From Lingula anatina (taxonomy: Eukaryota; Animalia; Brachiopoda): a stretch of DNA of 64,000 nt. Of the stretch, positions 25,545 through 36,687 are shown piece after piece (positions within the stretch are counted from its first letter, which is position 1; every line of letters begins with the position of its first letter). Both the position numbers and the translations under genes were made by a program. A model generated the notes under the pieces. That model was not told the DNA's origin, did not search any database, and worked only from the letters and a program-made list of their open reading frames with translations. The stretch spans positions 1,922,001 through 1,986,000 of the forward strand of contig CM120649.1 of the NCBI GenBank assembly GCA_051362555.1, read 5' to 3'.

Positions 25545-28500
25545 TTCTGAAACAACTTCATATTAAAAGCAAATTTCCATTGGCAAAAACTTGTCGACTC
25601 TTTGGGATCGAGGGACAAGGTAAAACGACGGAGAGGGGGCGGATCGCAAAGCTTAACTTATTTCAAAGCACTTTAAACGCGTTTGCATATAATTCTTTCG
25701 ATAATTGTGCATGGAGCCGTCGTTAGTTCTGCGATCATACACATATATGATAACCTCGTATCCCCTGTTATGGAAACCATATGTGTTAATCACATTATTC
25801 ACCACGTTAGGTACACGTATATGTCGGATGCAGGGTATGTTGTATTAGAAATGCAGGGCATGTTGAATCAGTGAGGTAAACGAGTACACGAAGCACGTGT
25901 GGTTGCCAGCAAGTGCTTTTCATCAAGAACCCTATATGAACTAAATACGAGAACCTAAGGGAAACCCTTGTTTAAAAAAGCCCTGAAAATATCGCGCTGT
26001 AAAAGAAAAGCAGATTTGTAAGAAATAATATAAATATGGAACAGGAAATACATCTTTAATGTAAACCTCACTTTGCCCCCCCCCCCCTCCCACTTGACCC
26101 CAAGTCACCCGCACGACAATCCCCTTATATATACGCCGTTGGTTGGATATGACACATACATGTACTATATAACGTCTGTTAACTAGGGCAAATAGCACAA
26201 ACTCAAAGTATGGGCACAGAAATGTTGTTACAGACTACTATATCGGGCCCTGTAATCTGACATTACTCACGCAAAATGTAGTCCACGTTTGTCTAACAGC
26301 AGGTGAGTCTTTTTTTCTCGACACCCGGAAGCTTCATCAAACGCCACCTTTGTTTTACCCCCAAATAAGCAGGGCTTTACTTAGGCCTACTCATTATTGT
26401 CAATGTGATAAGTGCCAAAAACAAGGACGCCGGTAGCTATTAAGCGGAAAAAATAGAGCGCAAACTCACCTTTCTACAATCTCCTTACCTCTTGTCGTTT
26501 TTAGTCAACGTAAATGGCAGAGTTATAACAGAGAGGTAGACTTCCAGTGACCTCAAAAACCTTAAGTTTCAACCGGTCGATATCAACTATAACGTGACTT
26601 GAAACCACCTTCAATCCTGCTTTATACACATGTACCAGTTAACCTATTTATAGCCACGAGTGAAATGACCTCGTTCTTCAGGCTAAGCATTTACAATTGG
26701 GTCAAAATGTAGAAACTTTTATAGTCTTAAGGTCGTTATACGAAACATTTATGGAACTATGCGGTTTTCTATGTAGTTCATAAATATTTTAAAGTTGGGT
26801 ATTTCCATTTATAAAACACAGCACATGTGCATTATAGTAATGCTGGCTCTATGAACAAAATAGCACTAAATATGCAAAATGATAAAGCAAAAAAAAAGTT
26901 TGCATACACACCAAAACGTACCTCCAGGCTAAAATAGGTTACATGTATTATTATTATTGATAAATAATTCCAATCTTAGATAAACTCAGAAAATAAACAG
27001 CAGACCATATGCTGATATATCTTCCCTAGCTTTTGTCCTCAGCTTCACTGCCTTGCAACTTTTGACCAGGTTTTGCTACGCTTACACTGGTACAGTGCCG
27101 CCGGAATCTACCTTTACCAAAGGGCCGCAGGGACTCCCAACCCTGCGCTGCATGGTCGAACAATGGCTTGTTTCCTTGACAGTTCCCGAGTGATGGAGCT
27201 ATTTGAGGTACACATAAGAGTTTACCTCTGTTTTACATGCACCAATATAATCATGCCCAATTCCCGTGTCATCACACTGCGATCTGGCAAATATGCAAGG
27301 TAATAAACAAGACGCGCAAATGTTGGCCATGGTTTAAAACGGGCCATGTATATGGTGGAGGCAAATATGAGACAGTTGTACCATGTTTCTGTACCCGGCG
27401 TCCAGGTGTCCACCCCACCCCATCCCCCACCACACCCCCCTCCTACTGCGTGATAAGGCGCTTGGCCAATGAACAGAATGACCAGGGCAGCGAGATTACA
27501 TGCTTATTGTAAAATATGACTTTTAAAACTGCGGTACTGATACATTTCAAAGTATATCAGAGTGATCAAGACCATGGGAAATTGAAGAAAGCTGTTGTGA
27601 TTGGTTGACTGTTTTCTTTTTTTCTTGACACCCGCAACTGCCAACTGCCGTCTTTGTTTTATCACGACCCGGGACCCGATAAGCGTTCGTATATTTTGTT
27701 TGATCTCACAAGAGCGAGAAAGATAGAGAGAGTTGCGGTTTGTTTTACACTTATTAAAATCGCTTTTATTTTAAAATCATCACTAACCTCTACTGAACGT
27801 GGTGGATCTTATGAATTTTAAATGGATTTTAGATTTTAAGTAAATTAGTAATAAGTAGCAGTAACGGAAGTAGTAGCAGATGTTTTTGTTGTTGTTTGAG
27901 GGAGGGATCGCTGTCCTCTGGGTATTTGCCTTTATACGGCGGTGTTTTAAATACTTGTTTATAATTTACTCGTGACTGACCTTCCTTTTGAAAGTTTTCG
28001 TGTAGTCCAGGTTTGCCACAAAATTCGTTCGAAAGTTTTCTTGAGGTGTACGTGAATTGCATTCCACGCTATAAAAGTTTTATTTCAGTATTTGTACAAT
28101 GTCTTTTGGATAGGCTTATAACATTCGGTTTAATGATTCAGTGTTTTGCGGCTTCTCAAGGTTTGATTTCTTTTTTAAAAAGTTGGCTGGGTCCACTTTA
28201 TTCAACTATTTAACTGAAATTTTGTAAAATATTTAAAATCAAAATTCGTAACTAAGTTATGACAACTTTCCTTCATTTTGGCAGGAAAGGTCCCAGAAAA
28301 CGGATATTCATGGGGTAAGCGACACTTTTCCCATACTTTCTAACGACTAATAATACGTATCAACCTAACAATATAAAATTTTAAAAATAAAAAAGCAATA
28401 ACTCAAATTCCACTTTTTAACGATTTTTTTTTCAAATACAAAGTCCATGTTCATACTTGAACCCTAGACGTTTGGATATCGCAAGACTCGTGCTGTGACC

Positions 28501-29544
28501 TAGTTTAAACCAATTCATGTTGGCACGAAAAGACATTATGGAAGAAGAGGCTCAGACTGGTCCTTTGAAGACGGCAAAGGTTCAGTAAACACTTTCTCTG
28601 CCTCTTCAAGCTCACGTACTCCACTTCTACCCTGAGTCTACGGACACTATCAAGGTATCTTGTTCATTATACCTTTTCATGTGTTAGCTTTACAGTGCCC
28701 CTGAATAGTAGCGGCAATTTTGACCATCTGCCATTGAAAGGAACTGCTCCGCGGTGAATCTGCATTTGAATGTCATTAGTCCACAATGAAACGTAAAACA
28801 GGTTTAATTTTGCTTAATTTAATTGGATTTGCTGTATTTAAAATTTTAAATGAAAAATACATAGTGTTTTTTAAAGGAAAAAGATAATATTAATGTTTAA
28901 ATAGTTAATTGCTTATCTAAAAACATTATCTCCTGAAAATATAAACACATAACGCGTGCTTGCCATTTGCAAAGTTTGACAGCTATGGCCGATACCATAG
29001 TAAATAGTCGGTACACCAAAATCAGTTTGCCTCATTGTCAACGGTCATTATGCATAATATCTAGTAGTGTCGGTAATCAATGTGCGCAAAAGTCGCGCAA
29101 TTTTTATGGCATTAAGAGGAGATTAAGGTCATAAATAATGGCACACTAGCGAATGTTTTACGACGACGGATAAATCTATTTTCTTAAGCTCTGCTGAATG
29201 CATTGCAGTTCGAATTCAACATATTTTGCGTGTCAGGTCCTTGGATATTATCTATTTAAGATATATTCCCATATATATTATACAGTTTCACCCTTATCGC
29301 TCTTAAAGTGATCCAGATTCACAAGGATTCTCGCTCTTTCTCTTATAGTCTCGTATAATGTAACGTCCTGCAGTAAACCACATATAAGGTTATCTAGTAT
29401 GGCGACCACAGTCAATGCTCTTCCGAGGACGTCATAATCACAACCGGTATCTGTATTTTCCAGGTGGCCTTCCTTTCGGATTGTACTAGCTGTCCTGGTG
29501 CTTGCACAGCACTAACAAGTGCTTTCTAATAATTGCAGCGGAGA

Positions 29545-29655
29545 TCATGTTTTGTCACTGCTGCCTGAGCGCGATATTAATCCAGTGGTTTTCATCCCCA
29601 TAACTAGCGCCCTAACGAAAGCAATCATGGCTTCGTCTTTTTTATGCAGCAGTAT
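29545..29655 (-). pseudogene. Displaced original 3' end of the CARD-NB-ARC-TPR ORF beyond the Gypsy insertion
   Basis: Removing the element and one TSD copy continues the frame: ...CIGQELI-LLHKKDEAMIAFVRALVMGMKTTGLISRSGSSDKT* (TGA 29547-29545), which resembles the TPR unit (EMIEMGNADGAVDVLRRALAMNEKILG). Confidence 0.8.
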
Positions 29656-30269
29656 TGTAAAGGTCTCCGCTTTTCTGCCACCAGTGTACGGTTCTCTTAC
29701 TTCGCTGCCACCAACAAAACAAGGTCTCTGTTTTGTAAACTTTATTTCTACGAATAACTCTCAACACAAATGTACATGTTTCTGTATCTTTTACTAAACA
29801 CTGTCTCTATTCTTGCTGTACTGCTGTACTTCTAATTTAAACAACTGCAACTCAGCTACAATAAACTAACTGGAACTATATTGTGAAACTGACTCAAACT
29901 AAGTTGTGAAACTAAGTCTGACACTATACTCTCACTGAGTACTGCCACTATACTCTACAGTAACTCTAACTGAACTCTAACTGAACAACACTGCGAAGAG
30001 CAGCTGTATTTATACATTTCAAAAGTGGACGGCCTTGAATGGTTCACTGCTACTTTGACTGGCAGCCAGAGTAAAAGTGGACGGCCTTGAATGGTTGACC
30101 GCCAACCCCTCTACTGGACACCACAATCCCCTCTTTCGTAAACTGATACCACTTACAAGCCATTCCAACTTAAGGTTCAAAGTTCAACACACACAAGAAT
30201 GTAAACAAAAGGCTAAAGCTTACTGCGGCAATTTTACCATGAATTTTAAGGCTATGTAAAATCGTTACA
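29656..30269 (-). repeat. 3' LTR
   Basis: tgtaaagg...cgttaca, matches 36074-36687. On the element strand it contains TATA-like TATAAATA and AATAAA; it also has a 24-bp internal direct repeat aaaagtggacggccttgaatggtt. Confidence 0.95.
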
Positions 30270-30281
30270 CTCTTCCCCCCT
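30270..30281 (-). other. Polypurine tract (PPT)
   Basis: AGGGGGGAAGAG on the minus strand, abutting the 3' LTR. Confidence 0.85.
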
Positions 30282-30556
30282 AGGTCTGATCCCACCGGGG
30301 ATCTGTCCCAGCAAAGTACAAAAATCAGTTAAAACTAAAAATATTCTGAAACATTTAAACAGTTAAAATTCAGTCAGTTCATAAAGTTCATTCAATAGTT
30401 CAGTGTCACTTTGATTAAATAAAATTACTCTTAAGTTCAACATTGGGTTAATAATGATAATCATTTAAAGTTCATAGTCTGATTCATAATAATGTTCACT
30501 TTAAAGTTCAAAGTCTGATTAATAATAATGTTCATTTTAAAAGTTCATTGTCACAG

Positions 30557-33500
30557 TCAATCAGCAAATCTCTTGGGAGGTCTTCTTTTCCTTTGTGGTC
30601 TTCCCTCATTTCTCAAATTACTGTCGGGTTGGTTCTTGGGTACTTGCACTTGTTTAGATTGACCACTCTGCTTCATCCTGTGTTTGATGGCACTTCCCTC
30701 ATGTTTCAGTGGACTGCCTTCTACATAATTACCTTTATGTACACATTTCTGCAAACTTGACACCCAATCTGGAACTTGGTCACTTAAAAATGGCTTAAGA
30801 CGGTCATGGTGCACGATCTTCATTTTACACTTAGGCTTGCCTTTCACTGCAAACAACAAATCACTGTGCTTTTTGACAACAACAAAAGGTCCTTGCCATT
30901 TATCACGTTTCAGCTTTGGGCTCAGTCCCACTGTTCTAGTGCTATCTAGTAAGAACACCAAGTCACCAACTTTATAGTTATTTTGCGAAATACGGGTGTC
31001 ATGGTCTCTTTTCTGCCTTTGAAAGTCCTTTTTCAAATGCAATCTCACTATTTCATGAATTCTAGTCATTTTCTCTTGCAACATTTTGACATACTCTGAA
31101 GGAGACGTCACAGATCGGTCTTCTGGTGGTTTTCCAAAGATCAGTTCTGTAGCTGTGTGAACTTCTCTGCCTAACATAAGCAAATTAGGGGAATAACCAG
31201 TGCTTTCATGTTTACAGCACCTGTATGCTGCAGTCAATAAAGGCAAATGAATGTCCCAATCCCGTTGGTCTTCTGACACATAAGCTGATATCATGTCACA
31301 TAACACAATATTGAATCTCTCCACCATTCCATTTCCTGAGGGATGATAGCTGGATGTTCGGGTTTTATTTATTTCTAATACTTGACATACTTGTTTGAAT
31401 AACTGTGACTCATAGTTGCTACCTTGGTCTGAATGGAGATCAAGGGGTAGGCCAAATCTAGAGAAAAACTCTGTCACTAGCTTGTGTGCTACAGTTTTAG
31501 CTGATATGTCAGGGATGGCATAGCACTCCACCCATTTGGAAAACTGGTCCATTGCTAAAAGAATATATTTATTGCCTCTTTCACTGACTGGAAAAGGTCC
31601 TAAGATGTCTGTTGCCACTCTGTCCATGGGAGCGCCTACAGCATATCTTAACAAAGGAGCCTTGGGTCTTGACCGTGGTCTTTTTCTACCACCACAAATA
31701 GCACATCTTCTTATGTAATCTCGCACACTTTCTTTCATCTTGTACCAGTAAAAGTGTCTTTTCAACTTGCTCACTGTTTTCTTGACACCAAGGTGACCCG
31801 ACGTGACTTTGTCATGTACGCCCTTCATCACCTCATTCCTCATCTCTTTCGGAACCAATATCTGTAAAAAGGAACCTGTCTTATCTAACGTTTCCCATCT
31901 CTTATATAAAATGCCCTCCCGCAGCACAAGTTGGTCCCAAAGCAACCATAACTGTCGCACTGCAGGACTTTCTGCGGCCACTTTATCTCTTTCTGGTCTC
32001 TGTGATGACTGTTCCTTCCAGTCCAACACAGTCTTCAACTCAGGGTCTTTACGCTGCAAATTAAACAATTCATTCACAGTGTAACTGCCCAGCCACTCGG
32101 CTGGAAGTCTATCTCTGTCACTCTCAGATTCACTGAGATCTGTATCTTCATCACCATGAGAAAAATCTTGATCCTTGAATGTCAAGTTTTCTCTAGGCAG
32201 CACTTCCTTTTTCTTGGAAACTCTCATCCTTCGAAGAGAAAGTGCTCTAACTTCCTTAAAGATACACTTGAATTTCATGGTCACCCAGCTCAGGATTGCA
32301 AAGAACAATGTCAGTAGGATGTAAAGGCCTGTCAATAAAACTGAACCAGCTGCTGTATACACACGTTTTACTGGACATTTTCCTTGGTTTCCCGATACTT
32401 GACCACTGCCACAGACTCCCTTGTCTGATTTTAGTTCTTTCTTTCGGTTTTCTGTCACTCGTCTGGTTACTAAAGGGACGACTTCTTCTTCCAGATATCT
32501 GGACCATTGTTCATGTTTCTTCTTACACTGTACGCAACCCTCGCATGGCAATTTGCTTAAAATGGACTCCCCATCATAGCATGTACACTCATCTGGGTCG
32601 CATGGAAATCTCGATATTGCATCTGCGTTACCGTGTCTGGCCCCTGCTCGGTGTTCTATTTTAAAATCATACTGTGATAGCACTTCCAGCCATCTGGCCA
32701 TCTGATCATTGGGCTCCTTAAAAGACATAACCCATCGGAGGGCACTGTGATCACTTCGTACCAAAAACTGTCTACCCAATAAATGGTGTCTGAATTGTTG
32801 AACAAAGGTAACAACGGCAAGCAGTTCTTTTCTAGTCACGCAGTAACGGCGTTGAGTTTTCGTCAATGACTTACTTGCATACGCGACTGGTTTCTCTATT
32901 TCTTTCTGGGTCTTCTCACACCACTGTAACTGAGATAAAACGGCACCAATGCCCGTGGCTGAAGCATCAGTGTCAAGAATGTACAATCCTTCGTCTCTCG
33001 GATACGCCATTACCTCATTACCTGTAAGGGCACTTTTGAGGTCCTCAAATGCTGTCTGACAAGAGTCCGTCCAAGTAAACGCCTGGCCGGCCTGGAGCAG
33101 GTAATTAATTGGAGCAGCTCTTGTTGAAAATCCTTTAATAAATCTACGATAATACGAGCATAGTCCTAGGAAACTACGTACATCAGTCAGATTCCTGGGA
33201 ACTGGCCATTTCTTTATACAGTCTACCTTCTCAGGATCTGGTTTAACGCCATCTTGTGTCACTACATGTCCCAAAAACTGAACTTCAGTCTGGAACAACC
33301 TGCATTTGCTTGGCTTCAGTTTTAGCCCTGCTTTTCCAAGACGAATAAAAACCTCGTCAAGTCTCTTATAGTGTTCTTCAAACGATTTACCAAACACAAT
33401 AATGTCATCAAGGTAAATCAACACTGTCTGCCACTGCAAACCACGTAAAATCAGTTCCATACACCGTTCGAAGGTTGAAGGAGAATTAGAAAGACCAAAA

Positions 33501-34885
33501 GGCATAACATTATATTCGTATAACCCATTTCTGGTCACAAATGCAGTCTTTGGCTTATCTTCTTCTGCTACCTCGATTTGATAATACCCGCTCTGGCAAT
33601 CAGCTATTGAGAAGAAAATTGAACCACCAAGAGAGTCTAAACAGTCATTTATTCGAGGTAGAGGGTAAGCATCTTTCACTGTTACATCATTTAAGCGTCT
33701 ATAGTCAACACAGGGTCTTGTTGTTCCATCCTTTTTCTTGACATAAACTAGTGGAGATGACCAAGGTGAGGTGGACTCTCTAATAACACCATTTTGGAGC
33801 TGTTCCTGAATTATTTTCTCTTCTTCCCCAGCAAACGCTCTAGGGGGTCTTCTGGGCTGCTGTTTTATGGGTCTTGCATCACCAGTGACAATCTTATGCT
33901 TTACGACAGATGTGTGACCCATGTCACTGGAAGACTTGGCAAAAACATCACTGTGCTTCTGCAGGAGTTTCTTTAGTTCACATCTTTCAAAGTCAGTCAA
34001 ATTCTCACCTGACTGTTTATAGAGGTCAGCCAGGTACTCAGGCAATTCTGGGCTATGAAGGGTTAAGTCTGACTTTTGTTTACCAGGGGTTAAGTCTGCT
34101 CGTAAGGTGGGCACAGAAAGGCTATCTTCAAGTTTATCACCAATCACATGGTCTACTTCATGTAAATGAGCAACGCAGGTGTCTTTCAAAAGTGAAATGT
34201 CTTCATTAGAAGGGTTAAGGAGTCTCACAGGTATTTTATTGTCTCTTCTGAAAGGATCAACTAGCACATGTCCGATCAGAAAATCACTTGACTTCTCTGG
34301 AATTGCCTCTACCAGTCCCAATCCTGATTTTATTTTGCTAGAATCAACTGTCCCTTCTATGATCAACTCACTGTTTGCAGGAATAATAACGTCATTAGTC
34401 ACTGTCACTCTAAAGGCATGCTTTGGTTCCCTCTCAACCAAACAGGGCACTCTCTTCCCATTAAGTTTCAGTCCGTTCACACCCAGTGAAAAATCATGAT
34501 GGCACAGGAAGTCCATTCCTAACAAACCATCGTCCCTTATTTTTGCTACAAGCATGTCCCATACAAACATTTCTTCGCCAGACTGAAAACTTATTTCTAC
34601 ATGGCCTTCAATTTCAATGTTTCTACTGTCTGCAACCTGCAACTGCAATTTTCTATGAGTCTTTTTCAGTTCAGGTCTAAAATCATGGGGAATTTGTTCA
34701 TAAATGTGGGTAGATATAATTGTTTTTGACGCACCAGTGTCTACAATAAAGTTCACTTCTTGGTCCCGAATCTTCACTGGCCAAGAAACACTAGCATTTC
34801 TACAACTGATGGTTTCAATGTCACTGCCAACAGGTGTTTTTAGGGGTTCATTCTGGCCGGCTGGAATGCCCCTTCTCAGTTTCCC
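30557..34885 (-). CDS. pol: Gypsy Pol polyprotein (aspartic protease, RT, RNase H, integrase), probably expressed as Gag-Pol by -1 frameshift
   Basis: IVDTGAS (PR); SPWSSP, CVDYRRLN, MPFGL, YLDDII (RT); LDTDAS, KELLAVV, SDHSAL, HGNADAISR (RNase H); HDKVTSGHLG...CAIC, DILGPF, HSDQG, GNGMVERFN (IN); no stops. Confidence 0.95.
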   Translation of the reverse strand, partial: GKLRRGIPAGQNEPLKTPVGSDIETISCRNASVSWPVKIRDQEVNFIVDTGASKTIISTHIYEQIPHDFRPELKKTHRKLQLQVADSRNIEIEGHVEISFQSGEEMFVWDMLVAKIRDDGLLGMDFLCHHDFSLGVNGLKLNGKRVPCLVEREPKHAFRVTVTNDVIIPANSELIIEGTVDSSKIKSGLGLVEAIPEKSSDFLIGHVLVDPFRRDNKIPVRLLNPSNEDISLLKDTCVAHLHEVDHVIGDKLEDSLSVPTLRADLTPGKQKSDLTLHSPELPEYLADLYKQSGENLTDFERCELKKLLQKHSDVFAKSSSDMGHTSVVKHKIVTGDARPIKQQPRRPPRAFAGEEEKIIQEQLQNGVIRESTSPWSSPLVYVKKKDGTTRPCVDYRRLNDVTVKDAYPLPRINDCLDSLGGSIFFSIADCQSGYYQIEVAEEDKPKTAFVTRNGLYEYNVMPFGLSNSPSTFERCMELILRGLQWQTVLIYLDDIIVFGKSFEEHYKRLDEVFIRLGKAGLKLKPSKCRLFQTEVQFLGHVVTQDGVKPDPEKVDCIKKWPVPRNLTDVRSFLGLCSYYRRFIKGFSTRAAPINYLLQAGQAFTWTDSCQTAFEDLKSALTGNEVMAYPRDEGLYILDTDASATGIGAVLSQLQWCEKTQKEIEKPVAYASKSLTKTQRRYCVTRKELLAVVTFVQQFRHHLLGRQFLVRSDHSALRWVMSFKEPNDQMARWLEVLSQYDFKIEHRAGARHGNADAISRFPCDPDECTCYDGESILSKLPCEGCVQCKKKHEQWSRYLEEEVVPLVTRRVTENRKKELKSDKGVCGSGQVSGNQGKCPVKRVYTAAGSVLLTGLYILLTLFFAILSWVTMKFKCIFKEVRALSLRRMRVSKKKEVLPRENLTFKDQDFSHGDEDTDLSESESDRDRLPAEWLGSYTVNELFNLQRKDPELKTVLDWKEQSSQRPERDKVAAESPAVRQLWLLWDQLVLREGILYKRWETLDKTGSFLQILVPKEMRNEVMKGVHDKVTSGHLGVKKTVSKLKRHFYWYKMKESVRDYIRRCAICGGRKRPRSRPKAPLLRYAVGAPMDRVATDILGPFPVSERGNKYILLAMDQFSKWVECYAIPDISAKTVAHKLVTEFFSRFGLPLDLHSDQGSNYESQLFKQVCQVLEINKTRTSSYHPSGNGMVERFNIVLCDMISAYVSEDQRDWDIHLPLLTAAYRCCKHESTGYSPNLLMLGREVHTATELIFGKPPEDRSVTSPSEYVKMLQEKMTRIHEIVRLHLKKDFQRQKRDHDTRISQNNYKVGDLVFLLDSTRTVGLSPKLKRDKWQGPFVVVKKHSDLLFAVKGKPKCKMKIVHHDRLKPFLSDQVPDWVSSLQKCVHKGNYVEGSPLKHEGSAIKHRMKQSGQSKQVQVPKNQPDSNLRNEGRPQRKRRPPKRFAD
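34843..34885 (-). promoter_or_regulatory. Predicted -1 programmed ribosomal frameshift signal
   Basis: Slippery heptamer G GGA AAC (34885-34879) directly before the gag TGA, followed by hairpin GGGGCATTC...GAATGAACCCC; pol overlaps gag in the -1 frame. Confidence 0.75.
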
Positions 34886-36003
34886 TGGTTGTTTACATGC
34901 TGAGCCTCTTTCACAGGTGCCTTGCATTCTCTTGCCAGATGCCCATATCTATGGCACTTGAAACACTCTATGTTGTTTTTCCAATTTTCTGACTTGGGTG
35001 ATGGAGGACTTTTCGTGTCTTTTGCTTTCTCTTTCAATATCAAATCTTTTATTTCATCTAACTTCTTGTCAAACTTCTTTTCAAGCTGGTGTAGCTGACT
35101 TTCTGTTACAACAGCTTCAGGATTTGCTGCCCTAACACTTGGTCTTTTCACTGCCTCTTCTCTTAGACTGTTATACATTTCAAGGGCCTCCCTTGCTTCG
35201 TCTAGATTTTTGGGCGTTTTCATGCCCACTGCCACGGCGGCTTGATGGTCTGGCAACCCTTTTATGAAATGGCGCAGTGCGATGGTCTCACGGGTGGTGC
35301 AGTCAGCCGTCGGGTAACCTTTTAACACCAACTTTCTAATATCGGAGATGTACTCTGGCAATTTCTCTCTTGGACTAAGCTTTCTATTCTCTAGCTCTGA
35401 TAGATAGGAGCTTGTAGTACGCTTTTCTTGAAATCGGTTTTGCAACGCCCTCTGTAGCAGAGGGTAGGAATTTACCACTTCTGCTGACAACTGCACAAAG
35501 GCGAAATCAGCAGCCTCACCACGCAGACTGTTACATAATCTAAACAGTTTCTCAGACTCACTCCATTCACAAGTCTGGCTTAGTGCTTTGAATGGCTCAA
35601 TGAAACCCTCCCAGGATTCTTTTCCACTAAAGAGAGTCTGTCTGGGCAAAGGTATTTCAAAGTTACTACGGCCATTAATTCTGTGAAATGGGGTAAGTGT
35701 AGGGGTTATTGTTTCTGATATGGGTTCATTCTGGGCTCTGTGTTCTATTTCTGTCTCTTTCTGTCGCTCTAGGGCTCTGACTCTCTGTTCTGCAGCCTCA
35801 GCACGTGCCTCTAAGATGTCCGCATTTTCTTTTGCTTTTCTAATTAATCTTTCTTTCTCTGCCTCTGCTTCTTCTACAGCATTTTGTAATCTGTGAGTAG
35901 AATTTTCTTTTTCAGCTTCAAGAGCTCTGCAGGCTTCTTCTAACTGTTCCTCCAGGTTTCTCACTTCCTCCTGGTCAGATCTGTTGTCCTTTTTAGGAGG
36001 CAT
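34876..36003 (-). CDS. gag: Gypsy Gag (375 aa) with N-terminal coiled coil and CCHC zinc knuckle
   Basis: FSGKESWEGF..W..EK..L..SLRGEA capsid-like motifs; CFKCHRYGHLAREC knuckle. Confidence 0.92.
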   Translation of the reverse strand: MPPKKDNRSDQEEVRNLEEQLEEACRALEAEKENSTHRLQNAVEEAEAEKERLIRKAKENADILEARAEAAEQRVRALERQKETEIEHRAQNEPISETITPTLTPFHRINGRSNFEIPLPRQTLFSGKESWEGFIEPFKALSQTCEWSESEKLFRLCNSLRGEAADFAFVQLSAEVVNSYPLLQRALQNRFQEKRTTSSYLSELENRKLSPREKLPEYISDIRKLVLKGYPTADCTTRETIALRHFIKGLPDHQAAVAVGMKTPKNLDEAREALEMYNSLREEAVKRPSVRAANPEAVVTESQLHQLEKKFDKKLDEIKDLILKEKAKDTKSPPSPKSENWKNNIECFKCHRYGHLARECKAPVKEAQHVNNQGN

Positions 36004-36053
36004 TTTGAATTTCTTGATTTCTTGAGCTTTTCTCTTGGCGTGTTAAAGTCTGT

Positions 36054-36072
36054 ATCCCAGCGCTTGCCACCA
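36054..36072 (-). other. Primer binding site, tRNA-Leu-like
   Basis: TGGTGGCAAGCGCTGGGAT one base after the 5' LTR; resembles the complement of tRNA-Leu 3' ends (...ATCCCACCGCTGCCACCA). Confidence 0.7.
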
Positions 36073-36073
36073 G

Positions 36074-36687
36074 TGTAAAGGTCTTCGTTTTTCTGCCACC
36101 AGTGTACGGTTCTCTTACTTCGCTGCCACCAACAAAACAAGGTCTCTGTTTTGTAAACTTTATTTCTACGAATAACTCTCAACACAAATGTACATGTTTC
36201 TGTATCTTTTACTAAACACTGTCTCTATTCTTGCTGTACTGCTGTACTTCTAATTTAAACAACTGCAACTCAGCTACAATAAACTAACTGGAACTATATT
36301 GTGAAACTGACTCAAACTAAGTTGTGAAACTAAGTCTGACACTATACTCTCACTGAGTACTGCCACTATACTCTACAGTAACTCTAACTGAACTCTAACT
36401 GAACAACACTGCGAAGAGCAGCTGTATTTATACATTTCAAAAGTGGACGGCCTTGAATGGTTCACTGCTACTTTGACTGGCAGCCAGAGTAAAAGTGGAC
36501 GGCCTTGAATGGTTGACCGCCAACCCCTCTACTGGACACCACAATCCCCTCTTTCGTAAACTGATACCACTTACAAGCCATTCCAACTTAAGGTTCAAAG
36601 TTCAACACACACAAGAATGTAAACAAAAGGCTAAAGCTTACTGCGGCAATTTTACCATGAATTTTAAGGCTATGTAAAATCGTTACA
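36074..36687 (-). repeat. 5' LTR
   Basis: 614 bp; identical to the 3' LTR except at 36085 and 36088. Confidence 0.95.

Larger units (their letters stand above)
29656..36687 (-). mobile_element. Full-length, apparently intact Ty3/Gypsy LTR retrotransposon (7,032 bp)
   Basis: Two 614-bp TG...CA LTRs differing at only 2 positions; 4-bp TSD GTAT (29652-29655 and 36688-36691); PBS, PPT; open gag and pol in PR-RT-RH-IN order. Confidence 0.97.

Noticed and set aside
27010-28660. GC-richer patches and short ORFs between DHRS11 copy 1 and the Gypsy element
   Set aside because: No consistent exon chain or recognisable motifs could be assembled.
29278-29545. Further TPR-like words (DVLGRALTV) downstream of the original NLR stop
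   Set aside because: Lies beyond in-frame stops; at most a decayed repeat in the old 3' UTR.
30077-30259. Identical 60-aa ORFs at 30077 and 36495
   Set aside because: Antisense ORFs inside the two LTRs with a GTG start; no coding evidence.
30282-30556. Possible env/ORF3 between pol and the 3' LTR
   Set aside because: Only ~275 bp, AT-rich with short aagttca repeats and no ORF.
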